Shown here one piece after another: positions 35,681-46,763 of a DNA stretch of 64,000 nt (position 1 is its first letter; the number at the start of each line of letters is the position of its first letter). The translations under genes and the position numbers were made by a program. Source of the DNA: an uncultured Solirubrobacterales bacterium (lineage in GTDB: Bacteria; Actinomycetota; Thermoleophilia; Solirubrobacterales; Solirubrobacteraceae); NCBI GenBank assembly GCA_963844095.1, contig CAWJND010000003.1, positions 557,924 to 621,923 on the forward strand, read 5' to 3'. The notes under the pieces were generated by a model. That model saw nothing but the letters and a program-made list of their open reading frames with translations, made no database searches and had not been told where the DNA came from.

Positions 35681-37734
35681 TGACAGGACGTAAGCGTGTA
35701 GCACTAGTCTCCCGAGAGCTATTTCCATTTGGAGGGGGCGGGATAGGCGAGTACGTTAACGCCTGCGCTCGTCTGCTGTCGGAGTTCGTGGAAGTAACGA
35801 TCTTTACAAGCAGCGCTCACCTAGCCAGTTTTCGCAGCCTGCAGTTATCTGGAGATCCGCGCGTTGTATCAGGAGACATCCGTACGGTCTTTGTGCAGGA
35901 GGCGAATGACGACGAAGTCGGAGGCTATTACTCGGCCCTTCATCTCTACAGTGCGCGAGTCCTCGAGTCACTTCGTGAACACTACGGAGATCACGGCCCG
36001 GACCTTGTTGAGTTCTCTGACTATCTTGGAGAGGGAGCGGTTACGGCACAAGCACGTCGCGCTGGCGATCCTATGCTACGTCAGACACTTGTGACAATTA
36101 GACTGCACACGAGTGCCGAGGTATGCGCGGTTCTTGACGGCCACGTCAACAATGGGTTTGAAGCACGAATAACGTGCGAGCTAGAGCGTCTCGCGATCCG
36201 TGATGCAGATTTCCTTGTCTGGCCAGGGGGTGATACGCTCGCCTTCTATCATCGATTTTACGGCTCCGAAAATGTTGCCCCCGGATGGCGCATAACAAAT
36301 CCGGTCATGCAACATGGGGACGAGTGGCGTACCGAACGTATAGACGACCACGATGAGACGCTACGCTTGCTGTACTTGGGTCGTCTCGAGCGTCGTAAGG
36401 GCGTACATAATCTGGTCCGGGCCGTAAATTATATAGATAGTGAATACCTGCAAGTGGATATTCTCGGCGGCGACACAAACACCGCTCCGTTGGGTTTGTC
36501 AATGAGTGGTCAATTGAGGATGATGGCTGCAGGAGACAATCGCATCAACTTTCTTGAGCCTGTGGCTAGAGCCGACCTGTCGCGGGTAATTCGTGCAAGC
36601 GATGCTGTTGTGTTGCCATCGCTGTGGGAGGCGTGGCCATATGTCGGTCTTGAGGCACTACGGCTAAATCGTCCTCTGATTGCAACACCTGTGGGCGGGT
36701 TCACCGAGATGGTCAAGGAAGGTGCAAGTGGCTGGCTCAGTGCTGACACTGACGCTGGTGCCCTTGCCGATCTACTAGGCAAGCTCCTATTTGCTCGTGA
36801 CGAAATCAACGAATTGCGACACGACCGACTACCTTTCAAGACATTTGCCGAGCTAACAGACCCAGAGACGATCGCCAAAGAGTATGAATCTCTATTGGAG
36901 CATCCCGGCCGTTGGACTCAAAATAGATTGGGCAGGAAGCATCACAGTATTGCGGGCCCGATAAATCAACGGGCGGGCAAACCAGGGACTTGGATTAGCC
37001 CGCCTCGACCACCACTAGTTTCCATCGTTATCCCTTACTATCGCCTCGCAGAGTATATCGAGGCTGCGGTGGCATCTGCATCGGCGCAGACACATCCCTG
37101 CATCGAGGTGATCGTAGTCAACGACGGATCGATGCTCGATCAAGATTGGGTGTTGTGTGAGATCGCGTCACGCTATCCCATCGCGGTTGTCACGCAGCTC
37201 AACTCGGGCCTTGGCGCGGCGCGTAATTTCGGCATTAGCCAGGCCAGGGGGCGGTTCGTTGTCCCCCTAGACGCTGACAACATGCTAGAGCCGACTTTTG
37301 TAGAGCGAGCCCTTATAGCCATCGGTAGGAATCCAAATGTGGCATTTGTGACTTCTTGGTCTCGTTATATAGATGAACGCGGAGAGCCACTGCCAGCGCC
37401 AAATCTCGGTTATCAGCCGATAGGTAATGCAAGCAGCGAGGTGCTAGGAAACAATGTGGCTGGTGATGCTGTAGCTCTTATTCAGCGTCAACTCTTTGAT
37501 ATGGGATTTTTATATTCAGAAGATCTGACAAGTTATGAGGACTGGCAGCTTTATCAACAGCTTTACTTGGCGGGACTTTATGGCATTGTCATCCCGGAGC
37601 GACTTGTCCAATATAGGGTGCGCGCCGATTCGATGATTCGTAAGATAGGGTTTCCCCAAACGAATAGACTGAATGGTGAGCTCCAAGCCCATCGACATGA
37701 AGGAAAGGTGCAATGGACAGCCGTGAGAGACTGA
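35680..37734 (+). CDS. Fused GT4 plus GT2 glycosyltransferase
   Basis: LGRLERRKG, PSLWEAWPYVGLEA; then VSIVIPYY, NDGS, GLGAARN, PLDADN, YEDW. Confidence 0.9.
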   Translation: MTGRKRVALVSRELFPFGGGGIGEYVNACARLLSEFVEVTIFTSSAHLASFRSLQLSGDPRVVSGDIRTVFVQEANDDEVGGYYSALHLYSARVLESLREHYGDHGPDLVEFSDYLGEGAVTAQARRAGDPMLRQTLVTIRLHTSAEVCAVLDGHVNNGFEARITCELERLAIRDADFLVWPGGDTLAFYHRFYGSENVAPGWRITNPVMQHGDEWRTERIDDHDETLRLLYLGRLERRKGVHNLVRAVNYIDSEYLQVDILGGDTNTAPLGLSMSGQLRMMAAGDNRINFLEPVARADLSRVIRASDAVVLPSLWEAWPYVGLEALRLNRPLIATPVGGFTEMVKEGASGWLSADTDAGALADLLGKLLFARDEINELRHDRLPFKTFAELTDPETIAKEYESLLEHPGRWTQNRLGRKHHSIAGPINQRAGKPGTWISPPRPPLVSIVIPYYRLAEYIEAAVASASAQTHPCIEVIVVNDGSMLDQDWVLCEIASRYPIAVVTQLNSGLGAARNFGISQARGRFVVPLDADNMLEPTFVERALIAIGRNPNVAFVTSWSRYIDERGEPLPAPNLGYQPIGNASSEVLGNNVAGDAVALIQRQLFDMGFLYSEDLTSYEDWQLYQQLYLAGLYGIVIPERLVQYRVRADSMIRKIGFPQTNRLNGELQAHRHEGKVQWTAVRD

Positions 37735-38783
37735 GCCTAGAGTCTGTTAGCGAGCATACTGTTATCGCATGTGAGCACATCCATCGATACGACTTTGCTG
37801 CTGAGTTTTGCGCCAAACTTCGTGTCCTTGATCTAGCTTGTGGAAGTGGGTATGGATCAGAGATTCTTGCCGCGGCGGCAAGGACTGTTCATGGCGTGGA
37901 TAATGATGTCGCGACAATCGATCTTGCGAATGCGACCGTCGGTCCGCGTGCTGGTGTTACATTTGAGGTCGCGGATGCGATAGCAATCCTCACAGAGGAT
38001 CTAAGTGATCGTTACGATGTCATTGTCTGTTTCGAGGCCCTGGAGCATTTGGACGATCTCGGAGGGGCTGTAGAGGGTTTGCGCGAGCAGGCCAATCGAG
38101 GCGTAAAGCTCGTTGTCTCGGTGCCTAATAGTAAGGCCTTTGAAGAGGATAACGAGTTCCATGTGACTAATTTTGGCTACGAGGAGGCCGTGAGCTTGCT
38201 CGGCGAATTCCCGTCTGGATTCATGGTGGGACAATATCTCACTGAGGGCTCGCTGATCAGTCCGCAGGATGCAAAGAGCCTTGATTCACGACTTATTAAC
38301 CTAGAGCAGGCAGAGCCCGAATACGCAAACCATTTTCTTCTCATGAGCAATGTAGACGAAAAATCCGTATTAGATGACCAGCGCGCTCGCGGTCAGCTAG
38401 CCGAGGCACCTGTGCACAACCGGTATATGCGCAATCTAGAGACCGCCAATACCGAACTTCGGAGGCGCAACAATGAGCTCGCTCGAAAGATGCTGAGGGG
38501 TAAAGCTTTAGAGATGGCGCGAGCCGGCTCGGCGGCTCCTTCATTTATCAATGGATTGAACGACCGTATAGCGGATCTTAATGTGCGTAATACCCAACTG
38601 GAGGAGATTATCCAAGATCAAGCAGGAGACATCGCTTATCGCGATGAGATGATTCTCGCGCAGCGTCACGAACTCCTGCAAGTGCGTCAACAGATGATTG
38701 CCGCGCGGAACGAGCCGGAGCGGGAGTCGCCTGCCTTCGATCGGGTGAGGAGTCGTGTTCGCCGCTTGGTTAGAGCGAAATAA
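37713..38783 (+). CDS. SAM methyltransferase with long C-terminal coiled coil
   Basis: EHIHRYDFA, VLDLACGSGYGS, CFEALEH, SVPN..NEFH; heptad-rich C-terminus. Confidence 0.88.
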   Translation: MDSRERLSLESVSEHTVIACEHIHRYDFAAEFCAKLRVLDLACGSGYGSEILAAAARTVHGVDNDVATIDLANATVGPRAGVTFEVADAIAILTEDLSDRYDVIVCFEALEHLDDLGGAVEGLREQANRGVKLVVSVPNSKAFEEDNEFHVTNFGYEEAVSLLGEFPSGFMVGQYLTEGSLISPQDAKSLDSRLINLEQAEPEYANHFLLMSNVDEKSVLDDQRARGQLAEAPVHNRYMRNLETANTELRRRNNELARKMLRGKALEMARAGSAAPSFINGLNDRIADLNVRNTQLEEIIQDQAGDIAYRDEMILAQRHELLQVRQQMIAARNEPERESPAFDRVRSRVRRLVRAK

Positions 38784-38863
38784 ATGCTTTTCAGGTCTTG
38801 CCGGCAGTGGCCTATGCCGTATGGGACAGTTCATTGGTCACGTGGCTGGCGTGACCAGTGCTG

Positions 38864-40393
38864 CTAATCACTAAAGAATTGTGGGGGCCGACGCCGACGC
38901 AGAAGGCGAAACGAGGCGCTTTGGATAGCTGGAGAGGTGATTAAAGCTACGACTCTGGCTAAGGTACTGCGAGCAGATGTTCTGGGGTAAATCAGTACGT
39001 AGGGACTGTTCTTAACCATGGCTGGGTTGGTGTCGTCGAACCAAAACCCCTGCTCTTGCACTAGTGTGATGCATAGACGATATATGCCTGCACTTGTCGG
39101 TGCCCGCACAAGCAGGATCGCAGAAAGGGTTGTCCCGGGCGAGAAATCCTCTGGAAGGAGGGTTCGTAGCGGCTCGGCGTCTGGTGTGATGCGCTTTCCG
39201 GATATGCTCACCCACCTGTAGGACAGATGGACCGGATGATCGTCGCCTACTCCCACCGGATAGAAGCATCGCGAGAGGTTCGTGAATACCGCACTGATCT
39301 CATGCAGTGACTCGGCGGACATTCGTCGCGGTAGCCGCCCTTGTACCTTGACGCGCCTATCCTGCGCTTCGAGGATGACAGATGAGCCCGAGGCGCGTAG
39401 TCTCGGTGTTGGATAGCCGGGAAGCGGTCGAGCACCTTGACTACTCGTCCCTGCGGAGGTCACGAGGTTACGCGCCTGGTCGGCGCCATTATCGAGCAGG
39501 GCAACAGCCAGTCGCGAAACTATTCTCACGTCATAGATCTCGGGTACTTGCACCTCTATGCGTTCGGTGATCTGCCAGGAATAGCGGTCTAGAATGATGA
39601 CATATGACCTTTGATCGTCAGATGCCGAGGTGCCCCTTCTAGCGCTGACCCCAGCAAAGATCTTGTCTCCGAAGACGGCAAGGCCACGTGTAAATCCGCC
39701 TAGGTCGATCGTACGCAGACGTCGCGTCGGCTCGACGGGATCGATTTCGAATAGCTCCCCACTCCCTGAGTTGCATAGGAGTAGGGATCCGTCGATAAAG
39801 AGAGGTGAATGCGGCATGTCTAGTCCGTTGGCGACGACCCTCCCAGTCATAAGCGAAAATACGAGGCCCGACCCATCATGACAGCTGAGCCATCCCCGAT
39901 AGCTACGCCCATCACAGAAGGCACTAGCGAAAATCTCGCCTTCGTGGCCAGCAAGACAATTTAGATGCCATGCATCGGGCTCACCGGGCAGTTGCCAACG
40001 CTTGAGAGCATCACCGAACGGGGGAACGGTGAACACTGCATTCTCGTGACTGGCGACAACTAGGGTCTCGTTCCCGATGATCTGTACGTCGTGCAGATCA
40101 CGAGCAACAGGTAGAGGCTGAAGATGGACACGCCCGAGTCTGTCATAATTCATTAGAGCACCGTCGATGACTGGCGAAAACACCGGATGCAGGGCTCGAA
40201 CCCATCTGCCGGTACGTTCGTTCAACGTCAGACCGGTGGTCGGTATGTCATCGATTAGGCGTGCTGTGCGATTGTTGATCGTAAAGATACCGCCAACACC
40301 ACGTTTATCGTCTAGCCCAGATATGACTATGGAATGGGCATCCTCTTGATAGGCCCGTGCAGTTGGCGGTCTGGAGATCGATGTCGGAGACAA
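38864..40393 (-). CDS. DUF4915/TIGR03032-like beta-propeller with C-terminal Ig-like domain
   Basis: DLHDV, DAWHLNCL, GLDMPHSP, GGFTRGLA, EIYDV; C-terminal PVHLSYRW..RTLLP..LVQEQGFWF; start uncertain. Confidence 0.7.
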   Translation of the reverse strand: MSPTSISRPPTARAYQEDAHSIVISGLDDKRGVGGIFTINNRTARLIDDIPTTGLTLNERTGRWVRALHPVFSPVIDGALMNYDRLGRVHLQPLPVARDLHDVQIIGNETLVVASHENAVFTVPPFGDALKRWQLPGEPDAWHLNCLAGHEGEIFASAFCDGRSYRGWLSCHDGSGLVFSLMTGRVVANGLDMPHSPLFIDGSLLLCNSGSGELFEIDPVEPTRRLRTIDLGGFTRGLAVFGDKIFAGVSARRGTSASDDQRSYVIILDRYSWQITERIEVQVPEIYDVRIVSRLAVALLDNGADQARNLVTSAGTSSQGARPLPGYPTPRLRASGSSVILEAQDRRVKVQGRLPRRMSAESLHEISAVFTNLSRCFYPVGVGDDHPVHLSYRWVSISGKRITPDAEPLRTLLPEDFSPGTTLSAILLVRAPTSAGIYRLCITLVQEQGFWFDDTNPAMVKNSPYVLIYPRTSARSTLARVVALITSPAIQSASFRLLRRRRPPQFFSD

Positions 40394-40874
40394 GGGCGAC
40401 TAGACTACAGTATTATGGCGGATCTAAGGCATCGTCCCTCCTCCGCCAGCTCTGTCCGAAACCTCAATTTACGCGGCTATCCGATGTTCTCGGGCTGCTG
40501 TCTCTGGCTGATCCAGCCGTTACGGCTGGTAGCGCGGGTACTCTTGGACAGACTCGTGCAAGTCGTATTTGCAGGACCAGCCAGCTAATGCGCCATCTGT
40601 GTGGGTCCACGACGAGGATCCTAGGGTCTCTGCAGTCGTGACTCTTAGGGCTTGTGGCCGAGATACGGTGAGGTTTGCTAAACCGCAGACCGTCGCTACT
40701 CGTGGCCGCCATAACGCAGGTTCAGATGTTCCTCCTGGTTTGTCTACACCGCGACCACGCGGGCGGCCGAAGTCAGGGCGAGGAGTGGCGAGGATTCTTC
40801 CAGGCCTTCCGGGCCGAGCTGAGCAAGCGTTCGATAATCAGCGGCTTCGCTCATCCTTGGCGATTACATGCAGC

Positions 40875-41164
40875 TTAGCTAGACGCGACTTGTTCGCGCT
40901 GGTGTCGGTGAATGAACAGCGTGCCACGCTGTTCTCCCTCAAGGGCTAGATCTTCGACCGCCTCCCTGATGCCAGGAAAATCAGGGTGTGTGTAATCATC
41001 GAAGATGATTAGTGCTCCGGTACGCAGATGGGGCTGCCATGCACGTACCTCTTCGATCGTCTGTTCACGCCCGCGTGAGGAGTCGATATACAACGGATCG
41101 ACTGGGTCTCGGTCCCGGGGTCCAGTCGAGCCGGCCGCGATCACCATTTCGATTCGGTCCCTAG
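40875..41164 (-). pseudogene. 3' remnant of a Methyltransf_24-like gene cut by IS1380
   Basis: LYIDSS..GALIIFDDYTHPDFPGIREAV; begins at the IS1380 boundary. Confidence 0.75.
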
Positions 41165-41197
41165 CCTCGATTCGTCATGGGTGGTCGGTGGTGCCTG

Positions 41198-42550
41198 TGT
41201 CCTGAGTCAAGCTTTCTGAGACGGTCTTTGGTTGGGTGTTGGCTTTGGCCCGAGATCAAGGAGATGACTGGATGGCACGACCCTCGAAGTTCGGCCTGGA
41301 GAAGAAGCAGCAGATCGTCCTGAGCGTGCTCAGGGGAGAGATGAGTCTTGCTGAGGCGGCTCGTCGTCATGCGGCTTCGGAGACGTCTGTCGCGAAGTGG
41401 CGCGACCTGTTCGTAGAGGGCGGCGTAGCCGCGCTGAAGAACGGGTCGCGCGCGGCTCCGTCGGGGAGGGAGGCTCAGCTCGAGCACGAGCTGGCTGATC
41501 TAACGCATGCTCTGGGTGAGGCGCACGTCGAGCTGCGGATCCTCAAGCGCGGCGGGGTAGCGGGTTTCGCCACGAGGAGCTGGAGATGATGCGCCAGCAA
41601 GCCGGGCTCAGCGTGACCCGGTTCTGCGAGCTCGTCGCGATCCCACGCGCGACGTGGTACCGCCACGCCCGGAGGGCAAGGGAGGGCTTGCCGGCCCGAG
41701 GGCCATGGCCGGCACCGGTTCGCGATCAAATTGAGCAGCCCGCGGCGCAGCTCGCGCTGGAGTGGCCCGCGTGGGGGCACCGCAAGATCCACGCCCTGCT
41801 GGCCGTGGACGGCTTCCATGCCTCCCAGGCGACCGTGCGCCGCGCGCTCGCCCGGCGCGGACTGTTGCAGCCGGTCGGCTATCAGCGCGCGAGCGCAGGG
41901 AGCTCGCGAAGACACGCAAGGCTGCGTTCGTGGAGCCGCCGACGCGACGCAACCGCGTCTGGCAGACCGACTTCTCAGAGCTCGAGACCTCCGGCGGCGG
42001 GACCTGGCAGATGAGCGGTGTCGTCAACTACGTCGCCAAGCTCGTGCTCTGCTGCCCAGTCACCACGACGAAGACCTGGCGGGACGCCGTCGCGGCCCTG
42101 GAGGACGCCCGCAGCGCCGCCCAGGATCTGCTTGGCGTCTCGCTGCTGGAAGACTGCACATGCCCCGACACGGGTGCGCTGATGCCGGTGATCGTCGTCT
42201 CTGACAATGGGCCGTGCTACCGAGCCGTCGGGTTCGCGCGCTACATCGCCTCGCGACCCGAGCTCTCGCACGTTCGCACGCGGCATCGATCGCCTGGGAC
42301 CAACGGCGTAATCGAGCGCTTCTACGAGTCGATCAAGTACGAGCACCTCTACCGACACGAGATCGAGGACGGCCCAGCGCTCGCCGAGCACGTCGATGGC
42401 TACCTCGACGTCTACAACCACAGGCGCCCGCACGAGGCGCTCCAGTTTGCCCTGCCCATCGACCGCTACACCGCAGTCCCGACCCCCGAAAACACCACCG
42501 AAACCACACCCAAAACCAAAGAATCCGTCTCAATTACTTGACACGGGACA
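41198..42550 (+). mobile_element. IS3 family element inserted 33 bp inside the IS1380 end; orfB frameshifted
   Basis: IRs TGTCCTGAGTCAAG / TGTCCCGTGTCAAG, 4-bp CCTG duplication; orfA 41272-41589; orfB 41586-42541 (WQTDFSE, SDNG, NGVIER) with a shift in the CGCGCG run near 41890. Confidence 0.88.
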
Positions 42551-42727
42551 CCTGCCGGAGCGTGATGTGAGCGTGGTTGATCGGCTCGGTGTTGTGTGGG
42601 GGTCTTTTGGGGGGGTGGGAGTCTTTTCGAGGGCGCTCAGCTTGTCTTGGCGCTCGTTTTCGCGCAGCGTTGATCCTCGGCCGGGGCCTGGGATCGATTC
42701 TGATGCGAGCGCGAGCGGCGGCTGGGT

Positions 42728-44059
42728 TCAGCCGTAGGCGGGGAGTGTTTGTAGGCGCTTGAACGCGCGCAGGATCGCTGCGACCCACGGCCAGTCGGCG
42801 GGGAGGTGCAGCATGATTCTGCGAGCGTGGCGGGTGAGCTGCCCGGCGACGTGCAGGACGCGATAGCGCAGACGCTTGGGTTCGCAAGTGGCGTGCTCGC
42901 CGTCGAGCGCGAGCTGTTGTGTCCAGACCATGATGTCGTGGGCCAGCAGCGCGAGCTCGAACCAAGCGGCGTTTGCTTTGAAGGAGTGAAAGGGGAGATG
43001 GGAAGCGCCCGTCGCCTTCAGTGTCTTGACGCGGTCCTCGACTTCGGCGTGCTGGCGGTGCAGGGTCTCCAGGACGGCGATGTCGGGGTCGTCCTGGTCG
43101 GTGATGAAGCACTGGAAGCGGTGACCGTTATGGTCGGTGAAGGAGAGTTGAGCCCCGGGATGGGGACGCTCGCGCCGGCAGATCAGACGGGTGCCGGTGG
43201 GCCACGCTTCGAGGTTGACGTGGTCGGTCAGCTCGGCGACCCAGGCTCCCTCGCGTTGCTCGCCGTCTTGATCGATCGCGGGTCGCCAAACAGTCTCTGG
43301 GAGCGCGAGAATCGCCTCTCTGACCCGCTCGTCGATCTTGTAGCCCAGCGAGAAACGGATGCGGCATTCCCGGCATCCCGTAGCGAACTGGTGGCTCGCA
43401 CCAGCGGAGTCCGAGCGCGCCAGGATCTCCCCATCAAGCGCGCTCTGGGGCAACTGCTCCAATGCGAGTTCAAGCACAGACAAATGGTCGCAGGCGTTGT
43501 TCGCGCCGGCGTTCCCGGGCCGCAGAATCCCGGCGAGTACCTCTCGCCCGCAACTGGCGAGCAGCGGGTTGAAGCCGAACCCGCCTTTGTAATGGCCGGC
43601 CGCGTGTTCCTTCTCGGAATGGATCGTGATCGGTGTCGCGTCGAAGTCGAGGATCACACGCTCGGGCGACGCACCCGCCTCCCAAGCCCGGTCACGAGCG
43701 AAAGCACGCGCTCGGCGAACCCGATCAAGCTCAGCCCCGCCGATCGAGAGCAACACCCGTCGCGCCGTGGAAACGGACGCGACGTTCCCGAACAACGCGG
43801 GCTGCCCGGCAAGCACGGCGAGGTCTGAGACACAGCGTCCACCGTCGGCTGCCATCACCGCCAGATCGCAGAACACCCTGCCAGGATCATGGTCTGAACG
43901 TCGCTCGCGGGTGCCCGCCAACGCTGCGCTCAGCCCGTCGGTCAACCCCAGACGCTGCGCAACCAGCGCCAGCAGCGCACTGCCCGCGCGCGAGGACAAA
44001 CCAGTGCCGTCCGCAACGACATTTACCGTGTGGATCGTTGAACGTCCCATCACCTTCAA
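42728..44059 (-). CDS. IS1380 transposase (DDE_Tnp_1_4)
   Basis: LDFDAT, LRPGNAGAN, ARSDSAG, HRQHAEVEDRVK, F.ANAAW. Confidence 0.93.
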   Translation of the reverse strand: MKVMGRSTIHTVNVVADGTGLSSRAGSALLALVAQRLGLTDGLSAALAGTRERRSDHDPGRVFCDLAVMAADGGRCVSDLAVLAGQPALFGNVASVSTARRVLLSIGGAELDRVRRARAFARDRAWEAGASPERVILDFDATPITIHSEKEHAAGHYKGGFGFNPLLASCGREVLAGILRPGNAGANNACDHLSVLELALEQLPQSALDGEILARSDSAGASHQFATGCRECRIRFSLGYKIDERVREAILALPETVWRPAIDQDGEQREGAWVAELTDHVNLEAWPTGTRLICRRERPHPGAQLSFTDHNGHRFQCFITDQDDPDIAVLETLHRQHAEVEDRVKTLKATGASHLPFHSFKANAAWFELALLAHDIMVWTQQLALDGEHATCEPKRLRYRVLHVAGQLTRHARRIMLHLPADWPWVAAILRAFKRLQTLPAYG

Positions 44060-44175
44060 GGTGACCTCCTGAGCGGGTGGATTGCAGGCTTTGACAACCG
44101 CAATCCTCCCCGCCAGGGCGGACGTTTCAACTCACCCAAGGCACCCGAACCCTCACCACTCATGACGAATCGAGG

Positions 44176-44282
44176 CTAGTGTGTCGGCGCATCACGAGGG
44201 GCTGTGGAACGACATGATGCACTCTGCGAGCTGGAAGCTAACTTCTCCGCTGCGTTGGCTGGCACGCTTGGTGCGTACGTGA
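44176..44282 (+). pseudogene. C-terminal remnant paralogous to 34784-35680
   Basis: SVSAHHEGLWNDMMHSASWKLTSPLR versus SVSTHHEALWHAMMNSVSWKITAPVR. Confidence 0.8.
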
Positions 44283-44293
44283 TGCCGGGAGAC

Positions 44294-45083
44294 GTGACCG
44301 ACGCCCATGAGAGATTGAGCCTCGGGGCAGTAAGCGAATACACCGTTATAGCGTGTGAGCACATCCATCGCTACGAATTTGCCGCCTCTCTTTTCCCTGG
44401 ACTTCGGGTACTTGATTTGGCCTGTGGTAGCGGCTACGGGTCCAGGATCCTGGCTGACAGTGCCACGTCGGTTCATGGCATTGACAATGATTTACCGACC
44501 ATTCGCGACGCGACAGACACAATAGGAAGTACGGCAATTACGTTTGAGGCCGTAGATGTGGTTAGCTTTCTTGATGGTGATCTGAGTGACCGTTTGGACG
44601 CGATCGTATGCTTTGAGGGACTGGAGCATCTAGACGATCTCGAGGGTGCGGTACGGAAGTTGCGCAAGCAGGCAGACAGGGTTTGCAGCTGGTCGTATCG
44701 GTGCCAAACAGCCGGGCCTTCGAAGAGCACAACGAGTTTCACCTGACCGATTTTGGCTATGAGGAGACTCTGGGTCTGCTCGAAACCTTTCCCGGCGCCA
44801 CCATGTTGCTCCAATACCTGACGGAGGGGGCGTTTGTAGATCTGGGAGGCAGCGGAGGGGTGGAAGTGCGACGAGCGGAGAGCCAGACGCCAGTGCTACC
44901 CCGGCATTTGTTGACAAGCTAAGTAAGGACATAGATGAGCTCGAAACGAGCCTTTATGAGCTAGAAATCGTCCGTAATGTCCAATCTCGTGAGATCGCTG
45001 CGCGTGACGCGCTTATCCTCGCCCAACGACGCGAACTCTTGCAGCTACGACAACAGATCATAGAACCACGTCGATCAAAGTAA
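44294..45083 (+). pseudogene. Degenerate paralog of methyltransferase 37713-38783
   Basis: ERLSLGAVSEYTVIACEHIHRYEFA; frameshift near 44680; internal deletion; ends IAARDALILAQRRELLQLRQQI matching IAYRDEMILAQRHELLQVRQQM. Confidence 0.88.
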
Positions 45084-45109
45084 CTACCGCAGCTCGCTAT
45101 AATCCACAG

Positions 45110-46051
45110 ATGCCCGACAGAGCCGTCATTTCTTCTATCGTGGACTGGTTGGAGCTGCGCCCATGGGACGCCGTAGATCAGCTTCCAGACGCTGTGCGTG
45201 ATGCTCCGACCATGATTAGCTTGCAGGAAAGGACGCTGCTTTATCGTCTGGCCCGAGATCGGTTTGAAGGGCGTGGAAAGATAGTGGATGCCGGATGTTT
45301 CTTGGGGGGCTCAACTCTTGCGCTCGCGCAGGGATTGCTGGACCGTGATCCGCCGGTCCGTGGTCGGACGATTTATACCTTTGACCTGTTCAAGCTTGAT
45401 GAGGGTTCGTATCGACCTTACGCTGAGATGCTTAGGGGATTGCTTCCCGGCGATTCGCTGCGACCGACCTTTGAGACTGTACTTGGTGGCGAGTGCATCC
45501 AAAGTGTGGACGTCAGGGAGGGGGATGTTTGTGATGAGGAATGGAGCGCCGGTCCTATCGAGATTCTCTTTATTGATCTGGCTAAGGATTGGTTAATCAA
45601 TGATCACGTTGCGCAGATCTTCTTTCCCTCGCTTATTGCCGACAAGAGCGTGGTGATCCAGCAGGACTATTGTCACGAGTGGACGCCGTGGTTGCATATC
45701 ACTATGGAGCTCCTGGGGGACGCCTTTGAGTATTGCGGAAATGCACCGTTTGCGTCCGCGTTCTTTGTGCCTCGGCGACAGGTATATGCCGGAGAGTTGC
45801 CCAAAGACCTTTTTGCTGAAGTGTCTCATGATGAAAAGCTCACGCTTTTTGATCGCTCGGCGCAGCGGTTTTGCGGCGAAGACCGTGGTGTAATTGAATG
45901 CGGGCGTGCTTATCTCTTGCACATGGTCGGGTTAACGGCTGAGGCACATGATCATCTCGAGTATGTTGGCACGCACTACGATGGTCCCCGAATAGCGTCA
46001 ATCCTTCCGGATATGCGGAGAGTGTGTGTGAGTCCTCCCTCGACGGTGTAG
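45110..46051 (+). CDS. Class I SAM methyltransferase-like protein
   Basis: MISLQER, IVDAGCFLGGST, IEILFIDLAK, IQQDY; TATAAT 6 nt before the ATG. Confidence 0.8.
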   Translation: MPDRAVISSIVDWLELRPWDAVDQLPDAVRDAPTMISLQERTLLYRLARDRFEGRGKIVDAGCFLGGSTLALAQGLLDRDPPVRGRTIYTFDLFKLDEGSYRPYAEMLRGLLPGDSLRPTFETVLGGECIQSVDVREGDVCDEEWSAGPIEILFIDLAKDWLINDHVAQIFFPSLIADKSVVIQQDYCHEWTPWLHITMELLGDAFEYCGNAPFASAFFVPRRQVYAGELPKDLFAEVSHDEKLTLFDRSAQRFCGEDRGVIECGRAYLLHMVGLTAEAHDHLEYVGTHYDGPRIASILPDMRRVCVSPPSTV

Positions 46052-46763
46052 ATCGGCTAGGTCTACGCGGGAAGCGGCGCGGATCTTGACAGACGAGATA
46101 GCTTTGGCGGCCGAACGTCAATCTGCTGTCGTATCTCCGGCAACGAGCCATGGCCGCACAACGACCGGCTCATCCCGGGCGGGCCAAACTTGCTCGAACC
46201 CGATCAGTGACTCGGGAGTGATCGGCTGGACTTGTCCGCCCAGATATGTGCACAGGTTCCCGAGCAACACTTGGTACCCCGGTATCGGGATCTCACTAAC
46301 TTGCCCGTTGATGTTTAGGCGCACAGTCCCGTTCGCGGGGCGAACGCCGAACAAGCGAAGGCCGAGCTTCTGGTCGAGGCCGGGCTGACGGAGACCCTGT
46401 AGGTGGTCCAGGTGATCTGGTCCCCGAGTAATGGACCTGGTCTGGGCCCTTATTAATGGACCGCGTGTGTGAGAGTCAGGCGGCGATCGGTTGGTTGTTG
46501 TGTAGGGTCTCATATTCGGTGGGTGTGAGCATTCCGAGGCTTGAGTGGCGGCGCTTGCGGTTGTGGAAGACCTCGAGGTATTCGAAGATCGCGTTGGCGA
46601 GTTCCAGCCGGGTGCGCCACTTTTTGCGGTTCAGGAGCTCAGTCTGCATCCTGGCCCAGAACGCCTCCATCATGCCGTTGTCGTAGGCGTCACCGATCCG
46701 TCCCATCGAGAGTGCCAGGCCGGCGGTCTTGATCCGCTCGCTGAAGGCCCAGGACGTGAACTG

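Larger units (their letters stand above)
41165..44175 (-). mobile_element. IS1380 family element carrying a nested IS3-family element
   Basis: Perfect 15-bp IRs CCTCGATTCGTCATG / CATGACGAATCGAGG, CTAG on both sides. Confidence 0.92.

Noticed and set aside
40400-40870. Possible degraded glycosyltransferase fragments
   Set aside because: Only a PRVSAVV-like word; no consistent frame
46086-46412. Gene fragment next to the IS3 end
   Set aside because: Open frame but no start or recognisable motif
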